This document shows, in pieces, positions 9,657 to 19,461 of a DNA stretch of 64,000 nucleotides. The stretch lies in the IMG/VR virus record IMGVR_UViG_3300032304_001060, positions 1 through 64,000 of that record; one strand, written 5' to 3'. The notes under the pieces were generated by a model. It was not told the DNA's origin and did not search any database. It saw only the letters and a program-made list of their open reading frames with translations. A program made the translations under genes and the position numbers. Numbering within the stretch: the first letter of the stretch is position 1; every line of letters begins with the position of its first letter. Origin of the DNA: a virus.

Positions 9657-11243
9657 CTAGAAAAAAGGATTGCTAGAGGCTACTACTTCTGGCATCACTA
9701 AGTCTTGAGTAAGAGAGCATGCAATCGACAAAGAGTCTACAAAATCGTCGTGGGCGTAGTTTTCATCAGGGGCAGCGACTAAGAAGTTAGGTCCTTTGTA
9801 CTGGACTTCGGCATCCGTCATCTGTTGATAGAAACGCTTCCAGGTTCGAAGTCTGCGTGTTTTTGCATGGGCAGGCCACGCAAGCATCTTTCTCTGAATC
9901 AGCGCCTGTAGATGCTTCCATCGCTTGGACTGTTCAGAAGGACTAGAGGTTACTGGCATAACTTCGGCTCTAGGAAGAAGAAGTTTTAAACGTTGAGCAA
10001 CTGCGTCACCTACACCGTTAGCATCTACGCCAACAGCGAGTACATCGTAGTTACTGAGGAAGTTAACGATCTGGAAGTATTGTTCTTCCCAATCGTCTCC
10101 CTGCATCTCTAGCCAATTAAGAATACGGTGATCAAAGTAACCAAACTCGTCAGGACGATCCCAATCAACCCAAACCACAGTAACGACTGTAGAGTCAGTT
10201 TTACGAGCAGGGTCGATGCCGACAACGACTGGGGTTTTATGCCATACCTTAACCAGTTCTTGAGAAGTGTCGCCCAACTCATCCATAGCGCTCGAAGTAA
10301 TAAACATGCCTCTTTCAAGAAGCCATTTGCAGTTGTAGGACATTTGGAACTCATCTGATTCCTCACCGATGCGTAGCATCTCTTTCTTAATGAACTTCTC
10401 ATAGTTCGGGTTAATCTTGGAAACTTCTTTCCAGTCCCACTGGTAATGATTCTGACGATTGCCTCGTGTTGTTTGGCGTCGTCGATTCAGTTGGATTGAT
10501 TTGTAAAAGTTGTTCTTACTTGTAGTTGGAGTACCTGTCTTAACCATAGTTCCTGCGTAGTAAGCAAGCATAGGGCTAATAGATTTTGATACAACAAAGT
10601 CGTCAGCCTCCTGACATTCGTCGATGATAATGAGATGGAATGACTTAGATTCAATTTTGGCTCGTGGGTTTGCCGTCATCATTGTGATGGTGGAACCTGA
10701 TTTCTTTAACTTAATTTGGCGTGTTACACCACCCACACGGATAGCGGCGTCATCAATTTCAGCATCGCCCATAATCTCTACAGCCCGCTCAGAGGTAAGG
10801 CGGTTAACAGTTCTGCCATACAATGTTTCGGCCTGTGTCTCTGTAGGCGCAAATAGACCTACCCATAGACCGTCTTTAAATTTACCGAGAAGATCGGGGT
10901 ATAACTTTGCAAGACGTGGCAAAAGCACCATGAGTGTTGACACGGTGTCTGCAACAATCTCTGACTTACCTGACTGACGAGCAGCAAGTGCTGTGATCTC
11001 TTCACCGTCGTTGATGATCACAGACTCCATGATGCGACGAGCCAGTGGCTTTTGATACGGGTGAAGATCATGCCCCACAAGAACCTTGAGGAAGTCCATC
11101 ATCTTATCGATTAACTTGTCGACGAATTGCTGCGACAGTTCATCAAGTTGTTCGTCAACTGGATCATCAACAGGCTTTTCGTCATGCTGATAAAATTCGG
11201 GATTTATCTCCTCAAATTGATCTTGATCAAACTCAGTTTCCAT
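9657..11243 (-). CDS. terL: Terminase large subunit
   Basis: Walker A ARQSGKS, Walker B LIIIDE, motif III TGTP, nuclease GIDPA and C-terminal HDDFVDS. Confidence 0.93.
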   Translation of the reverse strand: METEFDQDQFEEINPEFYQHDEKPVDDPVDEQLDELSQQFVDKLIDKMMDFLKVLVGHDLHPYQKPLARRIMESVIINDGEEITALAARQSGKSEIVADTVSTLMVLLPRLAKLYPDLLGKFKDGLWVGLFAPTETQAETLYGRTVNRLTSERAVEIMGDAEIDDAAIRVGGVTRQIKLKKSGSTITMMTANPRAKIESKSFHLIIIDECQEADDFVVSKSISPMLAYYAGTMVKTGTPTTSKNNFYKSIQLNRRRQTTRGNRQNHYQWDWKEVSKINPNYEKFIKKEMLRIGEESDEFQMSYNCKWLLERGMFITSSAMDELGDTSQELVKVWHKTPVVVGIDPARKTDSTVVTVVWVDWDRPDEFGYFDHRILNWLEMQGDDWEEQYFQIVNFLSNYDVLAVGVDANGVGDAVAQRLKLLLPRAEVMPVTSSPSEQSKRWKHLQALIQRKMLAWPAHAKTRRLRTWKRFYQQMTDAEVQYKGPNFLVAAPDENYAHDDFVDSLSIACSLTQDLVMPEVVASSNPFF

Positions 11244-11474
11244 TTATGAACGTTTCTTTAGTTCTTTCGCAATCGCATAGAACGCTTCTGCGCCCATGAG
11301 TAGTTCGTCAAGATCGGCGTCACTCTGATGTTTTTGCCACCTTGTCAAGTTCTTGCCCAATATAAACATCGACTGCTCCATCCATAAGATCAAATCTGGA
11401 GTAGATATCTTGGCGACCCGCTTCTCCACCCGTGTCTGGGGCTGGAGTCCATCCTGCTTCTTCCGTAAAATCAT
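11244..11474 (-). CDS. Hypothetical protein abutting terL
   Basis: 76 aa helical ORF whose stop abuts the terL ATG. Overlaps the upstream gene by 155 nt. Confidence 0.5.
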   Translation of the reverse strand: MILRKKQDGLQPQTRVEKRVAKISTPDLILWMEQSMFILGKNLTRWQKHQSDADLDELLMGAEAFYAIAKELKKRS

Positions 11475-11718
11475 CGTATGTCACATCCCGTCTTTCTAGT
11501 GCGCCGTTTAATGCTTCTTCTTCGTTCTTCATTCCGCTCCACTTACCTAGTACTAGTGCATGATAATTGGGCAATCGTACTATGAAAGGTTCAGAAGTTC
11601 TATAAGGCTCTTCAATTTCTTGTGTCCATCCCTTAACGACAACCTTAGTGCCCCAATCGTAAGGGAACTTGGTGTACTGGATGAAATGATTTGGTCCGAT
11701 GTTGTGTACCTTGGGCAT
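11320..11718 (-). CDS. Hypothetical protein
   Basis: MPKVHNIGP... starts immediately after the previous stop. Confidence 0.55.
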   Translation of the reverse strand: MPKVHNIGPNHFIQYTKFPYDWGTKVVVKGWTQEIEEPYRTSEPFIVRLPNYHALVLGKWSGMKNEEEALNGALERRDVTYDDFTEEAGWTPAPDTGGEAGRQDIYSRFDLMDGAVDVYIGQELDKVAKTSE

Positions 11719-11719
11719 G

Positions 11720-12349
11720 TCACGGTTTCTTTGGTTTAGGGGGCTTTCCTGGTCGACCCTTAGATTGTACTTGAGTTGCACGTGCAATGCGATAGAAAGC
11801 CCTACGTGCAACAGCCGAGATTCCAGCAACATCTGCTGGTCCACGAGGCTTGGAGTCTAAGTAACTATAGATGTAGCGGCCCTTAGATACGCGGGCCTTA
11901 AATGCTTGCCACTCATTTGGATTGACGTGGTAGTAGTTGTAGAAGGTTCCATCACGGAATACAACTGTAATTTTTTTATCGGCCTTATCGTAGCCAGCCG
12001 CCACTGTTCGTGGACGTTCAGGATTGATCGTAGAGGTTGGGACTAAGGTTAGTTCTGCTGGTGACTCATCTTCCATATCTGGAATATCACCATAATTTTC
12101 AAACTGCTCGCCCGTTGTTGGGTCGTAATACTCAAGGGTGCTCTTGTCATCAATAAGAGAAATGATCTCATCAAACTCGCCGTAAGACGCAGCGGCTGGA
12201 ACGCCACCAAAATCGGGGCCTGTAATCTTTGCTATGCCAGATAGTTGCCTTGGACCAAACTGGTTACCGATAGCACGGTTTAGTTCGTCCGCAGACGGTG
12301 CAGTTCTCTTTTGACCACGAGCGGCTGCACCGCCTAACGGACGTACCAT
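11720..12349 (-). CDS. KTSC-domain protein
   Basis: AAGYDKADKKITVVFRDGTFYNYYHVNPNEWQAFKARVSKGRYIYSYL matches the KTSC pattern. Confidence 0.7.
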   Translation of the reverse strand: MVRPLGGAAARGQKRTAPSADELNRAIGNQFGPRQLSGIAKITGPDFGGVPAAASYGEFDEIISLIDDKSTLEYYDPTTGEQFENYGDIPDMEDESPAELTLVPTSTINPERPRTVAAGYDKADKKITVVFRDGTFYNYYHVNPNEWQAFKARVSKGRYIYSYLDSKPRGPADVAGISAVARRAFYRIARATQVQSKGRPGKPPKPKKP

Positions 12350-12363
12350 GTTTTAACTCCTAA

Positions 12364-13059
12364 TTAGGATGCTGTTGCCCAAGGTGTGATTGTCACTGCT
12401 GCACCTGGTGCTGTGTTGTTTGCACCTGCTGCAATTGACTGTACTCGGATTGTTCCTGCTGTACCGCCAAGAGTTGCAGTTGCGTTGATACCTGTTGTGT
12501 TTGCAACAGTAAAGCCTGAACCAGAAACTGTAATCTGGTTTGAGGCAACTGCTGTAACCGTAAATGTACCAATTGCGTATGCTGGAAGGTTTACTGGGTT
12601 TGCTCCAGCAGGTGTTCCTGCAACAAGGGTGACTTTAGTTCCAACTGGGTAGTTGGTGTTTGCACTGGTTGCATAGATGTTTGCAACTGTTGCGCTTGTA
12701 GCATCGAAGCGAGTAATGTCTGTACGAGCATTTGCTGCTGCATTTGCGGTTGTTACTACCAATGAAGCATCCTTCATTGCATCTTGTGCAAGTGCTGTTG
12801 TAAGTCCAAGTACTGAAGGTACGAGTACGTAGTCAACTGCATCTCCTGCTACATCTTCACCAGCAGAGTTTGCTGTGAATTGTGGGTATCCGCCCCATCC
12901 TGAAAGAGCGATGATGTGGTTATCTGCTTCTGGGTCTAGACGACCTGCTGTTGTGTCTGGGCGAGCATCGTTTGGTTGAATAGGGAAGTTTCCCCATACA
13001 AAGTCAATTGCGACCTCTCCTGCGGAATCTAGGAGATTCCCGTTGTTATTAGTAGCCAT
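12364..13059 (-). CDS. Virion/decoration protein with a split PASTA-like domain
   Basis: VPSVLGLTTALAQDAM and GTIRVQSIAAG...GAAVTIT are PASTA-like halves around an A/T/N-rich insert. Confidence 0.5.
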   Translation of the reverse strand: MATNNNGNLLDSAGEVAIDFVWGNFPIQPNDARPDTTAGRLDPEADNHIIALSGWGGYPQFTANSAGEDVAGDAVDYVLVPSVLGLTTALAQDAMKDASLVVTTANAAANARTDITRFDATSATVANIYATSANTNYPVGTKVTLVAGTPAGANPVNLPAYAIGTFTVTAVASNQITVSGSGFTVANTTGINATATLGGTAGTIRVQSIAAGANNTAPGAAVTITPWATAS

Positions 13060-13291
13060 TTATTTCCTCACAATCATGATTGGTTAGTTCAGTCTCTAAA
13101 AGTACTTCTTCGCAAGCCCTGCATTTGAAGAAGCGTACATCGTCTAATCCAACGTGTAAGGAATCCGAGTGTTGATCGCCGAAATCCATCTGAGGTTGGG
13201 CTAGAACTTCAGGCGGAAACGGTCCTCTAGGACTGTGCGCTCCCGATGGTACAGTATGACCCTGCACCGCGAACTTGCGAATTAACTTCAT
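13049..13291 (-). CDS. Hypothetical protein (CxxC...HxC)
   Basis: 80 aa ORF with coupled start/stop. Confidence 0.5.
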   Translation of the reverse strand: MKLIRKFAVQGHTVPSGAHSPRGPFPPEVLAQPQMDFGDQHSDSLHVGLDDVRFFKCRACEEVLLETELTNHDCEEINGY

Positions 13292-13566
13292 TCTTTTTCA
13301 GACTTTTTAGCAGCCTTTTTTACTGGAGTAGGTTTTACAGACTCTTCAACAACTGCCTCTGCCTCTTCAAAAATTGGCTCTGGTGTTGAGAGTTTCTCCA
13401 GCATCGATTCTTCAGCAATCTCCATAGACTCAGTGATCTTAAGGAGACCTGCTTTACGCTGTGGCTCTAAAAAGCGTGGCAAATCTTTACCACAATAAAA
13501 GATTGATTTATTCTTTGTAATTTTATACTCAAAGAGAGCATCATTAATGCAGTTAGCGCACTTCAT
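13288..13566 (-). CDS. Hypothetical protein with N-terminal Zn ribbon
   Basis: MKCANC...YC, 92 aa. Confidence 0.55.
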   Translation of the reverse strand: MKCANCINDALFEYKITKNKSIFYCGKDLPRFLEPQRKAGLLKITESMEIAEESMLEKLSTPEPIFEEAEAVVEESVKPTPVKKAAKKSEKE

Positions 13567-13574
13567 GGGGACTA

Positions 13575-13904
13575 CTAACGCTTTTTACGCTTTGGCTTTG
13601 TTCCAGGAGCAGTTGGGCTCTTGGACTTCTTTGGGTAAGCCTTCGTGTGCTTTACTGGGATTGTTGTGGTTTTTTCCATTTGTGGTTCCTCCGTTGTCGG
13701 TTCTTGTGTAGGTGTAGTAGGTGGTGTCGAGGCATCAAAAGGTAGTTGATCTTGAACCCAGCGTCCGCTCGTATTAGGTTTTTCTGGTTGCTCTTTTGCC
13801 TTATCGTGTGCATCAAAAAATTGTTGTGCCCTAAATGGTAACTCAATATTCGGAATGTGAGCCCGCTTGCCCATCCATGGCGCAAAACTCTCCGTCGTTA
13901 TCAT
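13575..13904 (-). CDS. Hypothetical P/T/K-rich protein
   Basis: 109 aa ORF, ATGA-coupled. Confidence 0.45.
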   Translation of the reverse strand: MITTESFAPWMGKRAHIPNIELPFRAQQFFDAHDKAKEQPEKPNTSGRWVQDQLPFDASTPPTTPTQEPTTEEPQMEKTTTIPVKHTKAYPKKSKSPTAPGTKPKRKKR

Positions 13905-14275
13905 GGCTCTATCTTCTCGTACTCTTCTTCAGATTGTGAGGTATTCGTCAAGCAATTCTCGATAGCGATCAGGCGCTCACCCATCTCAACGAAGGCCTCC
14001 ATCAACTTCTCTTGGTTTTGGTAGAGTTTATCTACTACGTCCTTCGTTGACCTGCCGCCGTTATTACTAAGTTCACCGTCAAGTTTGTTGAGTCGCTCCA
14101 TCACACCTGGAGTGGCGTCACGTCCTGGCTCTTCTGGCTCACCCTCCCAGTCCCGCATGAAGCGTTCCATCCACTGCATGAAACGCTTAAGTTTTTTATA
14201 GAGGGGACTCAAGAGGACTCCTAAACTAATGAGAGCACCAGCGACAATGCCGAGGGTTGTAAAGAACGTTGTCAC
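13901..14275 (-). CDS. Membrane protein (N-terminal TM plus coiled coil), lysis-module-like
   Basis: Hydrophobic N-terminus LGIVAGALISLGVLL. Confidence 0.55.
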   Translation of the reverse strand: MTTFFTTLGIVAGALISLGVLLSPLYKKLKRFMQWMERFMRDWEGEPEEPGRDATPGVMERLNKLDGELSNNGGRSTKDVVDKLYQNQEKLMEAFVEMGERLIAIENCLTNTSQSEEEYEKIEP

Positions 14276-14291
14276 TGGTGCTCTCTCTTAA

Positions 14292-14486
14292 TTACTTCTT
14301 TGAACCAAAGCCGTATGATGGGTCTTTTGGATTAATGAACTTTGCTGCTGGACCGATGATGCCTGCGATAAACGCATTCAACAGAGTCTTTGGGTCAGTA
14401 ACTCCACTCATGTAGAGTGCAGCAACTGCCGCAGCACTTGCACGAAGCCAAGTTGCTCCTGCAGCCTTTAGTACGTTGATATCCAT
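14292..14486 (-). CDS. Holin-like small membrane protein
   Basis: 64 aa with two hydrophobic helices and a C-terminal NPKDPSYGFG, like actinophage holins. Confidence 0.55.
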   Translation of the reverse strand: MDINVLKAAGATWLRASAAAVAALYMSGVTDPKTLLNAFIAGIIGPAAKFINPKDPSYGFGSKK

Positions 14487-14527
14487 ATTTCTCCTAACAA
14501 GATGCCCTTCTCAGGGAAAATAATCCC

Positions 14528-14692
14528 TTATTCGTCTCGATTACGCAGCGGATACGTGATCAACCATGCGGCAAGAGTGCAGAGAATTGCATATCCCACT
14601 ACGGTTTTGGCACTTCCATCAAGAACAACCCAGGCAATAAACATGCCGAGGAGAGTCCATAGTTGGTCAACCATATCTTTTAGTACCTTCAT
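14528..14692 (-). CDS. Small two-TM membrane protein (54 aa)
   Basis: Manual translation [58 protein letters not shown]-coupled to the upstream gene. Confidence 0.65.
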   Translation of the reverse strand: MKVLKDMVDQLWTLLGMFIAWVVLDGSAKTVVGYAILCTLAAWLITYPLRNRDE

Positions 14693-16818
14693 TGATTTTC
14701 CCTTCGTCCTGCATTTGAGTTCCCGCTACTACTTCCCCCTGTAGATGAACTTGATGTTGTGGTCGCAGCCGTGGCTGCTGCACTAATCGCAGCACCTGCA
14801 GCAACAACTGTTGCAACGACTGCCTTTGTTGATTCTTCACGTTCTTCTTCAGACATGTCAGCACCGATACTGCCTAATGCAAGGAGCGCCTGTGCTGGGT
14901 CTGAAAATATTTCGCCAATAAGTTCTGCTGGATTCTCCAGCAATGTTAAGGCCTCGGCTACCTCTGCGGTGATAACAACTGCATTACCATTCTCATCAGT
15001 ACGCACATCGACAGGCGTCTCAGGTGGCAAATCTGCGTAAGTAAGACCTGCTGCCTGTATATCAGCGGCAGTAACTGCTATACCCTCTGAGAGCGCTTCA
15101 GCGATCAGCGCTGTAGCCACAATCTCTTTCTCCTCTTCAGTGAGTTTTCCATCTGCTAAGGCATCAGTCACTGCTTCGTCTACGGTAGGCTCTTCCTCTA
15201 CAGTAGGAGGTTCAGATGGAGACGGTTCAGGATCAGGTTCAGGAGTTGGTTCAGGCTCTGGCTCTGGCTCAGGAGAAGGTTCAGGAGTTGGCTCAGGCTC
15301 AGGCTCAGGTTCTGGGGTTGGTGATGGCTCAGGTTCAGGCGATGGCTCAGGTTCAGGCGATGGCTCAGGATCTGGAGTTGGCTCTGGCTCAGGACTTGGC
15401 TCTGGCTCAGGAGAAGGCTCAGGAGAAGGCTCAGGTGTCGGCGTTGGTTCAGGCTGAGGAGAAGGTTGAGGTTCTGGAGTCGGGGTGGGTTCAGGACGAA
15501 CTACCTCTGGGACCGTTGTGGTACTAGGCGATGGACTTGGGTCAGGTGTTGGCGTTGGGGTTGGGTCTGGGATTTGTGTTTGGGTGGGTTGTGGGCTGGG
15601 TTCAGCAGTCGCCGTCGAAGTCTCAGAAGGTTCAGGAGAAGGAGAACTGGTTGCAGTTGGACTCTCGGAAGGCTCAGGAACGATCACTGGCGGCGTTGGG
15701 TCAGAAAGAAGAGTAGTTACTTCGTTAGACCAGACAGAATATAAAGGCGCTGTGTCGTGGTCTGATCGAAGTCTGAAGGTGTAATCTTTATCCCATCCAC
15801 CAGTGCTAGAAAATAGTTGTGGGCTTAATACGATCGAAGTCGTGGTTGATGCAACTGCCCAACCAGCATTCCCTGGAATTGACCAAAAGACAGCGTAGCG
15901 TTCTGGGATCAAGCCAGCAGTAGGAGAATCCCAAATAAGAATTACTGTTCCGCTCTCTACTGATGCTACAAGGTTAGATGGGGGATTAATTGTTAATGCT
16001 GGGAAAGAAGACAGCACTTGTTGGGCCGCAATAAGTTCGGCTTGTTTTTGCTGCAGTACTGCAACTAGCCCTTGGTCATAAGAGGTATACGCAGGGGTAA
16101 CAGTTGTTATATTTGTTACAAGGCTAACGTTGTCAATGCTTCCAGCAAAGTTACCGTTCCAGTAACCGCTGTCTGCTAAACGAAACCCAATGTCCCAACG
16201 TACCGCGGCGTCTGGCAAATCATATGTAGTTGTAAAGTTGGTCCAGCCAAACACATCACTACGATTACGTGTGTCATAGTAGTTTAATCGTGTTCCATTA
16301 GCCGAGTAGGTACGAAACTCTACTCGATACATATCAGCCTGTAGCCTTTGCCCATCATTAAAGTTGTTGTTCGACATGTCGTAGGAAAAAGTGACTTGTC
16401 TAGTTGGACTTGGAAAAGTGCCTGTTTGAAGCATGAAGTTGCCGTAGTTATAAGACCCAATAAGAACGCCGTTGTAAACTCTGGCAATACTGGAGTTCAG
16501 AATTGTGCTGCCATCTCCCATACCGATGCTTGACCAAGCGGAAGCGTCATCAAAAGTACCATTAACAACAACGTTACCTTGCCCACTAGCAGTTACTGTC
16601 TCGTGATAAACAGCGCTCTCTTTCACTGCTAGTTGAGCAGTTGCAACAGCAGACTCTGCTAAAAGAACGGCATTCTGGGCAGCAGCAAACTCAGCGTTAT
16701 ACTCAGCAAGAGTATACGACTGGCTTAGTGAAGCAGATGCTGGTGTTGGAAATAGTAATGGGAAAAAAGCGGAGTATGTTAGAACGATTAGTGCTGCGGA
16801 TAGACGCAGTTTTCTCAA
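14689..16818 (-). CDS. Exported/surface protein: signal peptide, jelly-roll/CBM-like domain, FN3, (PEPS/PTP)n stalk, C-terminal hydrophobic anchor
   Basis: Signal [13 protein letters not shown]...ASA, then NGTFD...[14 protein letters not shown]...LIWDSP...YTFRLRS (FN3), a long Pro-Glu repeat and [16 protein letters not shown]. Confidence 0.75.
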   Translation of the reverse strand: MRKLRLSAALIVLTYSAFFPLLFPTPASASLSQSYTLAEYNAEFAAAQNAVLLAESAVATAQLAVKESAVYHETVTASGQGNVVVNGTFDDASAWSSIGMGDGSTILNSSIARVYNGVLIGSYNYGNFMLQTGTFPSPTRQVTFSYDMSNNNFNDGQRLQADMYRVEFRTYSANGTRLNYYDTRNRSDVFGWTNFTTTYDLPDAAVRWDIGFRLADSGYWNGNFAGSIDNVSLVTNITTVTPAYTSYDQGLVAVLQQKQAELIAAQQVLSSFPALTINPPSNLVASVESGTVILIWDSPTAGLIPERYAVFWSIPGNAGWAVASTTTSIVLSPQLFSSTGGWDKDYTFRLRSDHDTAPLYSVWSNEVTTLLSDPTPPVIVPEPSESPTATSSPSPEPSETSTATAEPSPQPTQTQIPDPTPTPTPDPSPSPSTTTVPEVVRPEPTPTPEPQPSPQPEPTPTPEPSPEPSPEPEPSPEPEPTPDPEPSPEPEPSPEPEPSPTPEPEPEPEPTPEPSPEPEPEPEPTPEPDPEPSPSEPPTVEEEPTVDEAVTDALADGKLTEEEKEIVATALIAEALSEGIAVTAADIQAAGLTYADLPPETPVDVRTDENGNAVVITAEVAEALTLLENPAELIGEIFSDPAQALLALGSIGADMSEEEREESTKAVVATVVAAGAAISAAATAATTTSSSSTGGSSSGNSNAGRRENQ
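15200..15680 (-). repeat. Coding tandem repeat encoding the [11 protein letters not shown] linker
   Basis: Imperfect GGCTCAGG/GGTTCAGG repeats on the plus strand. Confidence 0.8.
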
Positions 16819-16862
16819 GTGTTCCCCTCGGAATACTTTAATGCCCTCTTCTAGAAGTTAGA

Positions 16863-17069
16863 TTATATCGGCTTCCAGTTTTTATTCACGATGAACTTAT
16901 CGTTTGAACTCTTTGAGTTAACAGACTCGCCTTGTACACCACGTCCACGCTGAGGCCATGAAACTATTGACGGCTCTGCTTTACCTTTTGGAGTGAAGTC
17001 AGGTACGTAATTAAAGTGCTGCTTAATACCACGACGCTGATTAACCATAAGTGGTTTGCGCTGCATCAT
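16863..17069 (-). CDS. Hypothetical protein
   Basis: 68 aa ORF, ATGA-coupled. Confidence 0.45.
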   Translation of the reverse strand: MMQRKPLMVNQRRGIKQHFNYVPDFTPKGKAEPSIVSWPQRGRGVQGESVNSKSSNDKFIVNKNWKPI

Positions 17070-17443
17070 GTGCCAAGACCGCCAATGTAACCAGCAGCAG
17101 TTCCGCCAGATCCTGTACCGTTCTTTGAAGAGGCAGGCTTTGTTCCCTTTTTCTTTTGTGAAGGGTCTACAGCGTAAGGATTTGGATTTAATGGGTTTGC
17201 AGACATTGCACCGACTGCAGATGGGTAACCAAATGTGTATCCGTTACCAACAAACCCAGATTCACGCTTACGCTTAAACCGACGGCGCTGTTGATCTTCA
17301 AGGTTAGTTCTTGTAGAGAATTGAGCAGAGAGTGGAGAAGTTGTTGGTCCAGTTAAATACTTACCGTATGTACCTTTAGGACTTCCGAATAGACCGTCAC
17401 CGATCGGCATAGTTAAAAACCTTTTCTGGATCGTAAACTGCAA
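17066..17443 (-). CDS. Hypothetical G/K-rich protein (probable start 17410)
   Basis: ORF track. Contains PLSAQF. Confidence 0.5.
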   Translation of the reverse strand: MQFTIQKRFLTMPIGDGLFGSPKGTYGKYLTGPTTSPLSAQFSTRTNLEDQQRRRFKRKRESGFVGNGYTFGYPSAVGAMSANPLNPNPYAVDPSQKKKGTKPASSKNGTGSGGTAAGYIGGLGT

Positions 17444-17603
17444 TAGACTTTTGAATCAATGTGTACCCAAGTTCCCGTGCATGATGTCCACAGAAGTACA
17501 ACTGACCAGTTAGCAGAGTTGCACGAATGGCTGCTCGTGCAGAGCACTTGTCACAACGATCTTCTGCTGTAAGTTCCTCTTCTGTTTTAATGATGGTAGT
17601 CAT
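17397..17603 (-). CDS. Small Zn-binding protein (CDKC...FCGHH)
   Basis: LTAEDRCDKC...LYFCGHHA resembles a small family common in Actinobacteria. Confidence 0.65.
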   Translation of the reverse strand: MTTIIKTEEELTAEDRCDKCSARAAIRATLLTGQLYFCGHHARELGYTLIQKSIAVYDPEKVFNYADR

Positions 17604-17743
17604 TATTTCCCTTCACTTGACGCTGGTCCTTGATCCCCACCAAGTGGTGAAGGACCTTCAAACTGTCGAGTTAACGGCATTGCACCCGAACTGGTCACAC
17701 TAGCACCAGGATTGAACTGCTGCTTAGAAAGATTCCCGTTCAT
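17603..17743 (-). CDS. 46 aa peptide with NLSKQQF motif
   Basis: Manual translation MNGNLSKQQFNPGASVTSSGAMPLTRQFEGPSPLGGDQGPASSEGK. The stop overlaps the next ATG. Confidence 0.55.
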   Translation of the reverse strand: MNGNLSKQQFNPGASVTSSGAMPLTRQFEGPSPLGGDQGPASSEGK

Positions 17744-17901
17744 GTGCTTATTTTGCCCTCTTTATCTCTTCGTGTACGGACATAATAGGCGGATGGACGA
17801 TGCTGCAAGAATTGCCCGTTATACTTGCAACTTCTGTAAAAAACGATACGTTGTACCTGATTTAGCACGAATGTGCGAGGACAAGCACTTGGAGGATTAA
17901 A

Positions 17902-18078
17902 ATGCCTAAATATGAATACGCATGCACTACCTGCGACTTAGATTACGAAAAAGAGCGTAGCATTCACGATTCAGAACCAGAATACTTCTGTGAATCATGC
18001 GGCTACGCTCTTCAACGTGTCTACAACTCTTTTGGCCTCCAATTTAAAGGTGGAGGTTTCTACTCTAGTAGAAGTTAG
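17902..18078 (+). CDS. FmdB-family zinc ribbon protein
   Basis: MPKYEYACTTC...CESCG...FKGGGFYS, with GGAGG RBS. Confidence 0.8.
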   Translation: MPKYEYACTTCDLDYEKERSIHDSEPEYFCESCGYALQRVYNSFGLQFKGGGFYSSRS

Positions 18079-18413
18079 TTATAGTTTGGATCGTCTTCTT
18101 TAGCGCTAGTTGCTGACTTTGTTTCAGCATCTTTTGCTTGACGCTTCTCAACTTCTACATCAGCAACTGTCTTTGCGCCCTTATCGACTGAAGAAAACGC
18201 CGCATTGATTTCATCAAGCGTAAGTTTTCCATCATCCATAAATGCACGAGCCAATTTTTCAACAACAGCGGCAACTGCAGTAAGACCTGCAACTAACATA
18301 GCCTTACCGACCGAGATACCAGCAACTGCACCAGCACCGATAACACCGAGACCGCTTGCTGCAAAGACTGCAACAATACGCATCAATACATTCTTCAGAC
18401 TTGCCATGAACAT
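18075..18413 (-). CDS. Membrane protein (2 TM plus DDGKLTLDE loop), holin-like
   Basis: Hydrophobic N-terminal half and an EF-hand-like loop. Confidence 0.55.
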   Translation of the reverse strand: MFMASLKNVLMRIVAVFAASGLGVIGAGAVAGISVGKAMLVAGLTAVAAVVEKLARAFMDDGKLTLDEINAAFSSVDKGAKTVADVEVEKRQAKDAETKSATSAKEDDPNYN

Positions 18414-18454
18414 ATACCTGTTCTCTTTTCCCCCTCAGGATGTAAGTCTTATTA

Positions 18455-18718
18455 TCAGTCTTGCTGGATACCAATACGTTCTAAATAGGCTTCTTTTTCG
18501 GTCATGAGGTAGTCCTCAATACGCTTTTTTTGAATAGCAACCTGTTCTTCAGTTGCTGTGATTTGTTCTGTTGTCATTTCGTGGTTTAAGTCCTTAAATG
18601 TCTCAACGGCTAGGTCGAGGTCGGTATTTGCCAAGGCAGCCTTTAACTGCGCTTGTTGCCAAAGAAACTCGGCATGATCAATTTTTCTCTGTAAACGCTT
18701 ATCTTGTGTGTTAGACAT
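18455..18718 (-). CDS. Hypothetical coiled-coil protein
   Basis: 87 aa with a TAGGGT-N6-ATG leaderless-type start. Confidence 0.6.
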   Translation of the reverse strand: MSNTQDKRLQRKIDHAEFLWQQAQLKAALANTDLDLAVETFKDLNHEMTTEQITATEEQVAIQKKRIEDYLMTEKEAYLERIGIQQD

Positions 18719-18835
18719 ATGTCTACCCTATCAGAAAGTTAATGAAGCAGTTTTTGCGCCCTCATGCTTAGGAGGTTCTTATTCAATTGTGTGACTAATC
18801 TAACTATAAATTAACGTGATTTACATTACAAAGGG

Positions 18836-19384
18836 TTACTTATATTGCTCTTTGACCAAAAATGGGGCAGATGTGTTGGCATCTAGTTGTGCAGCGATCT
18901 CTAGGGCCTTGAGAGGCTTCGCGCCCGCGTGAAGGGCGCCGATAGCGTAACTAGAGCCAGATCCGACCCCGTAGATGCCGTCATCGCTCATACAGATAGA
19001 GCAGTCGTCTGCAACGTCAAATACCTCGCCACCGATAGCAATGAGAAAGTTAAATCGAGAATCATTGACTTTTCCGTCGCCTTTGCCTTCATTAAAGTCA
19101 TATCCGTTATCTGTCAAACACTGTCTAAGATGTGGCATGACTTTGGTAATCATAAAGTGATAAATATCTTGACGATCTTTGAGAGTTGGCTTTGGTGGCT
19201 GCCAAATGTGTTGAGCAATATCACAAGGTCCGATTTCACCAGAACCTGCAATGAGGTACTCACCACGCTCTGTAATCTTCTCCATACGTGGATGATGGTA
19301 GATGCGACCGTTATCACCTGTAACTTGGTTATCGGCAGCAAAAACTACTTTGTCCGTGTATTGGACTGCCACGATCGTTGTCAT
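18836..19384 (-). CDS. HslV/proteasome-beta-like Ntn threonine peptidase
   Basis: Starts M-TTIVAV (Thr1 nucleophile). Motifs AADNQVT, KI, IAGSG, GSGSSYA and DANT. Confidence 0.8.
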   Translation of the reverse strand: MTTIVAVQYTDKVVFAADNQVTGDNGRIYHHPRMEKITERGEYLIAGSGEIGPCDIAQHIWQPPKPTLKDRQDIYHFMITKVMPHLRQCLTDNGYDFNEGKGDGKVNDSRFNFLIAIGGEVFDVADDCSICMSDDGIYGVGSGSSYAIGALHAGAKPLKALEIAAQLDANTSAPFLVKEQYK

Positions 19385-19461
19385 ATCCACCCCTTCAATA
19401 AAGAACCCCCCAAGGATACCATCTGGCATCCATGGAGGGTCTTAAGGTCGGAAATGTCCGA

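Noticed and set aside
15140-15784. Plus-strand GS-rich ORFs in the track
   Set aside because: They are antisense shadows of the Pro-Glu repeat. The same applies to most short antisense ORFs over capsid, terL, nrdJ, recA and polA.
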